Assembly (NCBI GenBank): GCA_958009085.1
Contig: OY253670.1
Coordinates: 1,240,001-1,304,000, forward strand
From: Protoeuglena noctilucae
Taxonomy: Eukaryota
DNA: 64,000 bases
Direction: 5' to 3'
Part shown: piece after piece, positions 55,819 to 64,000 of the stretch
How positions within the stretch are numbered: position 1 is the stretch's first letter
Layout: each line of letters starts with the position of its first letter
Notes under the pieces: model-generated
Databases searched by the model: none
What the model was told of the DNA's origin: nothing
Seen by the model: only the letters and a program-made list of their open reading frames with translations
Program-made: the position numbers and the translations under genes

Positions 55819-58272
55819 TCAGATCGCCATGGTCAGCGCCGCCCGCCCCACTGCCTCCCTGAGCTGCGCCAGCCCCGAGGGCGAGTGGACGTCCACAGCC
55901 TCTCCATCTGCCGCGCAAATGATAACCACCCCACGAGATCCCTCAGCCCCTCGCCAGCTCTCCGCCGCTCCGCCGTCGCCTTCCTGACCACCGCGCATCT
56001 CCCACACATCCAGGTCCCGCTCCCATGCCCCCACACCCTCCTCAATTCCACTAACCGGCCCTCTTATCTCTCCCTCTCCTCCTTGCAGAGTCCCCCTGTC
56101 CCTCTCCTCGTCACCCACCGCAGCCCTGCCAGCGACACCCAACTTCGCATGTCCTCCTAACGCCTCCCCTTCCCTGTCACCCGCGACTTGCGCACCCACC
56201 CCGGCCGCCATCCCAGTCAGGTCGGGCACGCGACCTGACAGAGAGAAGGGGTCCGGGAGACATCCCACGCTGCACGGCAGCCACGACTCGGCACGCCGGA
56301 ACTTGCGCCGCGACCCGCCAGGCCCCTCTGCCTCCCCGACAGCCCCGCGCTTCCCAGCCGCGGCCCTCAGCTGCTCCACGGCGGCTCTGGCCCCGCCCAG
56401 CGCTCCCTCCAGCGCCGCAAGACGCTCGGCCTCCGCGCTGGCCCGGGGCCTCGGCTGGGATGCGGCACGAGCCGCCTGTCCCGCCATGGCCAGCAGCCGC
56501 GCTAGGGTCGGACCGGTCCCCCTGGCCCCGCTCCCTCGCCCGGTCAGGTGCCCCGCGATCGCCTGCACCAGCTGCGCCAGGGCCTCCTCCGCCTCCTCGC
56601 GACTGGCGCCGTCCATGGCCGCCTCGCCGGCACGGGAAGCGTGTGACGAAGGCTCACGCGCCGTCGCCATGCACTCCACCAGGACGGCCTCCAGTCGAGA
56701 CTCCACCTCCTGCGTTTGAAGGAAGAGGTGTGAAGATAGTACTGTGAAAGCACCCTCGTCTACTTCACCAGTTGTCCCACAGGGTTGCGCAGGATCCCAG
56801 CTGGCCATCTCGCGCCTCACCGCGGCAGACACGCCTCCCGCACCGTCGCTCCCCGCCGCGAGCATCTCCAGCCCCACTTGCCCCCACTCCACCAGCTCCC
56901 AACACGCGCCGCCGCCCTCCTGCCCGTCCGCCTCGCCATCGGCCCCGCACGTCGCACCCCGGACCCCCGCGCACGCCAGCCGGGAGGCGCGGCACACGAG
57001 GAGGAGCGGGAGGTGAGGGAACACCCTGGCAAGCGCGGTGACCGTCGCCCGCCACGCCTCCCTCTCGACCCCGCCCCCCCGGGGCGGCCGCAACGCGCCC
57101 CCGCCCACCAGCGCCGGGGCCAGCTCCGCCTCCGCCGCGTGCGCGGCCACGAGGGACCGCAGCGTCCCCATCGCCGCCTCCCGCCGCCGCGCCCGCTCCT
57201 TTTTGGACGACCCGGGCGTCGCTGCCGAGGGCCCCGCGTGGGGCGTGGCGTCCGGGTCGCCCTCCTCCTCCGTCTCAGAGCCTGCAGGTGGCGGTGTAGG
57301 AATATGAGCTTTACCAAAGTCAGCCGTGGGGTCTGCGGAGCGTGTCAGCTGTTCGCCCGGCTGCAGAGCGCACCGAGGGTCTCCAGAACAGGCGTGGTCG
57401 GGGCCTGCCGGGCGCGTGCGAGTCCCTCCACGCGCTCCGCGTGGTACGCCGCGATGGCCGCTCGCACGCGCTCCCGGCTCTTGCGGAGGTACGACTCCTG
57501 CAGCTCCCAGTAACTCTCCCGCAGCCACGCCAGCGCCTGGCGGGACGCCAGCCTGCGTGCGCCGGAAAAGGCGCAGGGTGAGTGCCCTCCATCGATGCCA
57601 TGCATAAGCAAAAGCTGGGGACTGCCAGGAGCGCTCGCCTGAGGACGGGCAGGGCCGGCAGCTGCTGGTGCGTGGCCGCATGGCGAATCTCCACGAGAAG
57701 CCTCGGCAGCCCCGCCTTCTGCGCGAGCGAGTCGACGGCTGCAGCGACCTTGCCCGACTGCTGCGAGTCCGAGATGCCGTTGACGAGCCTGCGCAGTGGA
57801 ACGGACGACAGGGCTGCGGCATCAACACTCGGCACGCAGCGTCGCAGCCCGGGCCCCGAGCGCAGCGCCCCAGCCGGTACCTGATGAGCGCCATGGAGTA
57901 CTGCATGCGCAGGAGCGTGTCTGAGACCCCAGCGTCGGCGGGGGCCCTCCCCGCGTCCAGCAAATGAGCCTCCGTGAGGGCCGCCGTGGCGTCCGCCGCT
58001 AGCGGCACGCGGCCGCGGACGCGCCAGCATTCGACGAGCCCCACGCCTGCACGATTATCGTCCGCGTCGTCTGAGAAGAGCAGCCGCCGGCATCGCCGCC
58101 ACTGCGCGCGGGGCGGGAGTCCGACGTGGAGGGCGCGGGCAGCGAGGCCCGCCGCCGCGCATGGCGTTAAGAAAGCGCAGTGCATCACAACATCGGCGTT
58201 GATTTGGTTCTAGCGAGGCTATCCTCCACGCACCTCCTCCCAGGAGAGCCACGGGACAACGCGGCCCACCAT
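55819..58272 (-). CDS. LAS1: Las1-like pre-rRNA processing HEPN nuclease
   Basis: Spliced MVGRVVPWLSWEE|W, WRVRGRVPLAADATA, LRMQYSMALIR.VNG, GLPRLLVEIRHAATHQQLP (HEPN RxxxxH), ALAWLRESYW. Confidence 0.9.
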
Positions 58273-58536
58273 CGCCTTGCTCTCCTGCTCCCCTACCCTG
58301 ATGCGGCAGCGCAGGAAGGTGAGCTGCTCGTGCTCGATCTAAGGATGAACGCTGGCATCGGTAAGGATGTAAATATTGGATTTGTTCGTCGATGCCAGCT
58401 TTCTGGCGACGGCACGACAGGGCAAAGCAGGAATTCCAAGCCTTTTAATCGCTGTCGATGTCCTGCGTTATCAGGAAGTCGTCGCCCGTTCTTCTAGCCA
58501 CCGAATGAAAGGATCGCCCATCGGTCTAGTCACTCT

Positions 58537-59171
58537 ATGAATCGCCCGCTGGCCGCCTTTGCGGGTCGCACCACTCCGGTCCTTTCCCCCCGCGGCTGCC
58601 ATCTTTGCCGCGTGCGCCTGACGCCATGGGACGATGAACCCAGTGGGTTCCAACGCGAGGAGCAAAGGGTCCGTCACACGCTGCGCTTCTGGAACTGCAA
58701 CCTCCGAAGGCAGGGGCCAGCAATCGACCGTCTCCCTCTCTTCGCTCCGCGTCTGCAGGAGCCGGTGCTTGTCGCCACGCAGAAGGGTGTGCCGGACGTT
58801 CGTCGGAGGGAGCAGTCGCAGCAGCGTCAGCGGCCCCCTTGCCAGCAGTGCGCCGGGACGGGCCGGGTCGTGTGCTCGCGATGCGATGGATACCAGCGCG
58901 TCAACTACATCGGGGTGGCGATGCTGCCGGAGGGCGTGTGGCCGCAGTGGTGCCCGCGATGCTTTGCCAGGTACCCTGCTGCTGCGTGTCCTGCCCCTGA
59001 GACTGCTTTCTCCCGCACTGGGTGCCAGTCATCAGAGAACGCGCTGGCCATCGCAGGGGGACGGAATGGTGCGCGGCGTGTCAAGGGACGGGGGAGCACA
59101 GGGACCCTATAGGGTTCTTGACGGCGGAGGAGCCCCCGCCCCGAGAGAAGCCCGCCAACCGGCCCTGGTGA
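58537..59171 (+). CDS. DnaJ-type cysteine-rich zinc-finger protein, probably plastid-targeted
   Basis: CQQCAGTG, CSRCDGYQ, MLPEGVWPQWCPRC, and after the intron WCAACQGTGEHRDPIGF. Confidence 0.78.
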
Positions 59172-59375
59172 CGGGACGGCGCTGGCTCTGGGTCCGGCAC
59201 CCAGGGCCCGCCCAGACCCCCAGAACGGCTCTAGCGCCAGGCTGAATGGCACTGGACATCGTTTGACAAAGGGTGTTGCTGGCGAGGGCAACCCCAGTTT
59301 GCTGTTTCTTCGGCGTCGACGCCCCTTCCCTTGCGCCACTCACGTCTTCAAGTTCTCCTGACTATCAAGTGCTCT

Positions 59376-59961
59376 GCGCCGACCGCCGGTGCCGCGAATC
59401 GCTCGCGGCTGAGAATATACGGCCTGAACCTGACCGGTGCGTCCCCCGAGAGACTGCGCCGGCGCGTGTTTGACAGTCGACCGCGGCGCCGACTCCCATC
59501 GGGCGCCGCAGGCCCGGCGCGGGGAGCCGTCACCCGGCCACACTCAACCGACTTTTTGCGCGCTCGTCGGCACTCTTTAGGCTTGCGAGTCCCATCTGCG
59601 CGTTCTTGATTGCGCGATTCGAGCCCTACTTCGCCCGTGGGCCCGCATTACGGTCCGTCGAGTTGGTTGGGCGCAGCCGTCACCCTTCGAACGGCCTCGC
59701 CCCGCCTCGCCCCGCCGCCCCTGCGGCACAGCCAGCTCTCTGTGTGCTTTTGGTGATCCCAAGAATGTGTATTTGGCCGCGTGGGCCCCTTCCGGCGAAC
59801 CTGGGGCCATGAGTCGGTTGTGTGTTAGCCTGCGGTCGCCGGGACCCCGCGACGGGCAAGTCGCGTTCCCGTCACTTTCGAGGCGTGCACTGCGGGGGGT
59901 GTGACGCCCGGCTCCCCTCGGATGGCTCGCAGCGTTAATACGCGCGTAGGGAGGTCGGTGC
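59376..59961 (+). ncRNA. TPP riboswitch aptamer interrupted by a 496-nt intron (59437-59932) in the 5' leader of the SSS transporter
   Basis: 5' half: P1 GCGCCGACC, P2 GCCG/CGGC, P3 GCCGCGA/UCGCGGC, UGAGAA, GAACCUGA. 3' half: CGU-UAAU-ACGCG, CGUAGGGA, GGUCGGUGC (pairs with P1). The insert begins GTGCGT and ends CTCGCAG. Confidence 0.88.
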
Positions 59962-60159
59962 AAGGGCTCCAGGCGTCCCAGACACCCAACAGGAACCGCC
60001 GTCTCGAGCGTGATACGTCACAAAGTGAGGCTATCTCCGGGGACCGGAATGCGGCTTCAGGACGCCCGCACCGCCGTGCTGGTGGACGACGCTGCGGGGA
60101 TGCTCTCATGGCGTTGAGCGCGGATCTGGAGCCCCCTCCGCCCACCGCGTGGCTGCAGG

Positions 60160-62672
60160 ATGGCGTACCTTACTCCCAACGAAGGCATGGCCGCGGCCTA
60201 CGCGACCCTGGCCTTCTTCTTCGTCGTGGCCACGGGGGTCGTGTCCCTGCCCCAGTTCCGCCACTTTTTGAGCTCCTTCGACCTCCTCCTGGTGACCGTC
60301 GCAGCGGCTCTGCGTGAAAACACATCCTCGCGCGCATCCGTCGCGGCGTCATCCCTCCCGCCCGTCGCGCCGCGCGCAGACGGCCCGCAAGTCGATGGGT
60401 TGGATCCGGCTGGGCTTCTCCTTCTTCGCCGGCGCCCTGGGGGCGTGGACGGTGTACAGCGTGCCTCAGGTCGGCGCCGACGTGGGCCCCTGGGGCATCA
60501 TTATGTACGCCGTCGCCCTCTTCCTCCCCTACGTGATCCGTGAGTGCTGTGCAGGGTTGCAAAGCAACAAGCCAGCACGCGGCCACAAGACGAGCATCCG
60601 GCCTACTGCGTCCCGCCTCCGCAGTGCCGTGGCTGGCCCCCCGCGTGCTCAAGCAGGCGCCGGAGGGCTTCACGGCTCTCGACTACGCCAAGAAGCGTTA
60701 CGGCACCGTCATGTACTACTTCGGTCTCCTCGTGTCCCTTTTTTACCTGTTCATCTACATGGTGGCAGAGGTGAGCGACCGTGAGGGTGCCGCGGGCTGC
60801 TGCGCGGCGTGGTGTGGTGGCCACGGCTGACATCGATGGACCCCTTGGCTTGGCCCTGCAGTACACGTCCGCAGGTGGGGCCATCTCCGCGCTCACTAAC
60901 TACACGCTGACGGACTGGCACGTGACCATCGGCGTGGCGCTCGTGTCGGCCACCTACACCGCCTACGGTGGCATGGCCACCTCCATCCTCACTGACATGG
61001 TGCAGGGCTGCGTCATGTTCAGCCTCGGTGAGTCGGCGGCGCTGGCTTGCTCGTCATGTTCAGCCTCGGTGAGTCGGCGGCGCTGGCTTGCTCGCACACC
61101 GCAGCGGCGACATGGGCGACTGCGGCGCGTGGCTGTCCACTCCTCTCCGCCCGACACCGCCCCGCCTCTCTGTCGCGCAGTGGTCATCGGCTGCGCGGCC
61201 GGCTTCCACTTCTCCAAGACGTCCGCGTCGGCCATCCACCACGCGGCGCGGTGGTCGAGCGTGGGCTTCAGCCAGTGCAGCCCCCTCATCATCGGCGTCG
61301 TGGCCTCTGGCCTATTCGACATGACCATGTGGCAGCGCGCCTACGCCGCCAAGAGCTCCCGCGAGCTGTGGCAGGCCAGCCTCCTCGGCGCCCTCCTCAT
61401 CATGCCCGTCATGATCCTCTTCGGCATCTCGGGCATCATCGGCGCCGTCATGAACCCCGCCGACGCCGCCACGGTGAGCGCCGCCGAGGAGCGGCGTGTG
61501 GTGGCGGCTGTGTACCCCGAGCGGCCCGTGAAGATCTCGTCAAGGATAAAATGGAACACCCACCGACCATTCGGATGACGATGGACCTTGATAGGGCAGA
61601 ACCTGAGGCCAGGGGCACGCCACCATCCCAGGGCCTGACGTCATCCGGTGCGAGCTGTCAAACGTGGCGCGCCTTTGTCCCTACCCCCCGCAGGCCTCGT
61701 ACCTGACCTTCTTCGACCTGGTGGCCCCGCTGGGCAAGGGCTGGCAGGGCATCCTGATCGTCATGGTGGTGTCGCTGGTGTGCTCGACCGCCGACTCGAT
61801 CCAGAACGCCATGACGACCATGATCTCGCTCGAGCTGGAGAAGATCCCGTGGGAGCCCCTCCGCAAGCATCCCCTCTACGTCGCCCGCTTCACCGCGCTC
61901 CTCATCCAGGGCCCCGCCCTGGCTCTTGCCCTCAAGGACATGAACGTCCTCACCCTCTTCCTCATCGCCGACCTCGTCGCCGCCTGCATCGCCATCCCCG
62001 TCTTCGCCGGGCTCTGGGGTTTCATGACGCCGGTGAGCGCCCCGCAGGCCGTCTCCAGCAAGCAGTGTGCTTTTCATGGGGTAACGAAGTGCGAACGCTG
62101 TCCAAGGCTTTTGCCTGGTATTCACAACACTCACCCGCCACCCTCGTCGTGTCTTGCCCCCAGACGGGCGCCATGTGGGGCTGCATCGCCGGCTTTGCGT
62201 CGGTCGTGGTCGAGGGCTGGGCCATCCGCGGCAACTTCGCCCAGGGCTGGAGCCAGTTCATCCTCCCCGCGGGCTCGTACGCCAACGAGACGGTCGTGGC
62301 CTTCGTCATCGCCGTGGTCTTCTCGGGCTTCGTCGGGTTCGCCGTCTCGGCCGCCGAGCGCGTCTACACCCACGTCGTGCGCACGCGCCGCTACGTCGAG
62401 ATGGTCGCGCGCCACCACAAGGTGCGCCGCGGATGCGGCCCCGCGTGCCGGCGGACACTGCGCACTGCGCGCCGTCTGCGCCCTCGCCATGGCCGGGCAA
62501 TGGTGCATGCGCGTGTCACACATCCAATGCCGCGGGTCATGGTTTTTCTCTGCAGGTGGACCTGGATGCGATCGAGGAGGAGTTCGCGGGCCTCGTGGAC
62601 TACCGTAACAAGAGCATCTTCGACAACAACAAGGACGGCACGAGCGCCACCGACGACGGGGACCAGGTCTGA
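60160..62672 (+). CDS. Sodium:solute symporter (SSS) family transporter, probably for thiamine or a thiamine precursor
   Basis: Multi-TM exons: FSFFAGALGAW, DYAKKRYG, LFIYMVAEYT, YTAYGGMATSILTDMVQG, FDMTMWQRAYAAKS, CSTADSIQNA, LFLIADLVAA. Substrate inferred from the upstream TPP aptamer. Confidence 0.88.
61011..61094 (+). repeat. Perfect 41-bp tandem duplication covering an exon end and 5' splice site
   Basis: cgtcatgttcagcctcggtgagtcggcggcgctggcttgct occurs at 61011 and 61052. Confidence 0.95.
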
Positions 62673-62924
62673 CCCGAACCCGCATCGTCGGCCGGCAGCC
62701 GGCCGCCCACGTCGAGCGCCACGCAGGCGGCGCGGATGCTTCTCTTCAGCTTTCGTGCCTCTTGCTGGATGACATGCGTGCTGCGTGCTCGCGTGGGCCT
62801 CGCGCGCGGGCCACTCGCTCTTGAAGACGGGTGGCTGAGAAAGAGCAGCACGCATGCTTTCAAACCACGAGCGGGGCCCAGCACCTCTCCCAAAAATGCT
62901 CTGGCGCCCCTTGCTGTCGTTCCA

Positions 62925-64000
62925 TCACGCTGCCTTGGCGACCCTCACCACCTCGTCGACGTCTGCGTACCCAAGGATGCCCTTGTCCGTGTGGAGCCAA
63001 ACGCGTTCCGGTCCCCTCATCACCAGCGTGCCACCCCGCTGCAGCAGCAGCTCGTCGTCCCGCGGCCGCAGGACCTCCCAGTCACGCAGAATGTCCGTCA
63101 TGTTCAGCAGCCTGCGTGTCACAGGAAGGACTTGGCAAGCCTTCCAGACGCGACACGCCTCGACGGTTGAGTTACGACAAACCACATGCTGAGACCAGCC
63201 CTCGCTCGCTGTCCCCTGCGTCTCACCGGAGCGTGGCGAGCTCGAAGGGCCGCTGGTACCCCTTGCCGACAACGTCAAAGAACGGGGCCCAGGCGATCTG
63301 CCGCGGATCCTGGGGGCTGTAGTTGAACACCTGGCCCGCTTGCCGGTCACCCACGTATCCTCGCAGCACCTCGGGGAGCGTGCCGGGGGACCCGATGCCC
63401 GCACACATTGCCAGCAGGCGCATGTAGGCGTTGACGCCCCCCGCCTGCAGCCCCGGTGACAGGCCGAGTGCCCGGTGTGCGGCCCCCGAGGGGTCTGCCC
63501 AAAGGAACTCCTTGGGGAAGGACGTGAGGTCGCAGAAGCGACGCGCAGCTTCCAGGGACCCGATGCCGACGCAAACGACGCGCACCTGCGGCGGACGGGT
63601 CGGCGAGGCTCGCACGCATCCCACGCATGCCTGGGTGCCGTGCGTGGTGCGTGCTCAGCGACCAAGCCACGGCTGGGTCACCTTGGCGTCCGCGAGCTCG
63701 GTGATCTTGGACCGCAGACGCTGCGCGTACTCCCACGAGTCGAAGTCGGCGAAATGAGTGAGGAGGGCGAGTGTCACGACTTGGTTCGCGCCCCACAGCT
63801 CCGTGAGGTTCTCCTCCACGCCAGACGAGCAGTGGAAGACCCTGATGCCCTGAAGCTTCGAAAACTCGGTCGATACGGGAGCCGGCGGTGGAACCGGGGC
63901 GGAGATGGGCGCAGAGGCCGAGGACGAAGAGCTGAAGTCCTCGCCCCTTGGCGTCGCACGCGCGAGCCCGCAGCCGCGCGCAGGGCGATCTGCAGGGACG
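62925..64000 (-). CDS. AhpC/TSA-like (peroxiredoxin-like, cyanobacterial type) protein; 5' end probably outside the window
   Basis: THFADFDSWEYAQRL, VVCVGIGS..AARRFC..TSFP, MCAGIGSPGTLPEVLRGYVGD, GYQRPFELATLRLLNM, LQRGGT. Confidence 0.8.

Noticed and set aside
61561..61650. GAACCTGA motif in an SSS intron as a possible second TPP aptamer
   Set aside because: It lacks an upstream UGAGA motif, the P2/P3 pairing and the UAAU..GCG.AGG 3' half.
62925..64000. Possible selenoprotein (SelU-like)
   Set aside because: There is no in-frame TGA at the redox motif position and I recognised no SECIS element.

Overview
Eukaryotic, GC-rich, gene-dense nuclear DNA with many short spliceosomal introns, most likely from a flagellated chlorophyte green alga (plastid-targeted AGPase and L21, radial spoke protein 3). 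The supplied ORF track is fragmentary because genes are spliced. Joining exons by hand gives about 23-24 protein genes: kinesin-4, two DnaJ-type Zn-finger proteins, TruA, cytochrome c, GNAT, LYR protein, EF-hand/WD40, AGPase small subunit, plastid L21, PP2C, cyclophilin, RSP3, WW-Sec16, CAMKK-like kinase, IF3, DUF4346, a kinase-RING-Rcat-beta-helix fusion, Las1, an SSS transporter, an AhpC/TSA-like protein and a few hypotheticals. There is one 200-N assembly gap. The main finding is a TPP (thiamine pyrophosphate) riboswitch aptamer upstream of the SSS transporter, split in two by a 496-nt GT-AG intron so the canonical aptamer is contiguous only after splicing. Also notable are very frequent GC-AG introns, repeated tandem duplication of exon/5' splice-site junctions, and the kinase/E3-ligase/beta-helix fusion. 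All calls were made by eye from motifs; no database searches were run.
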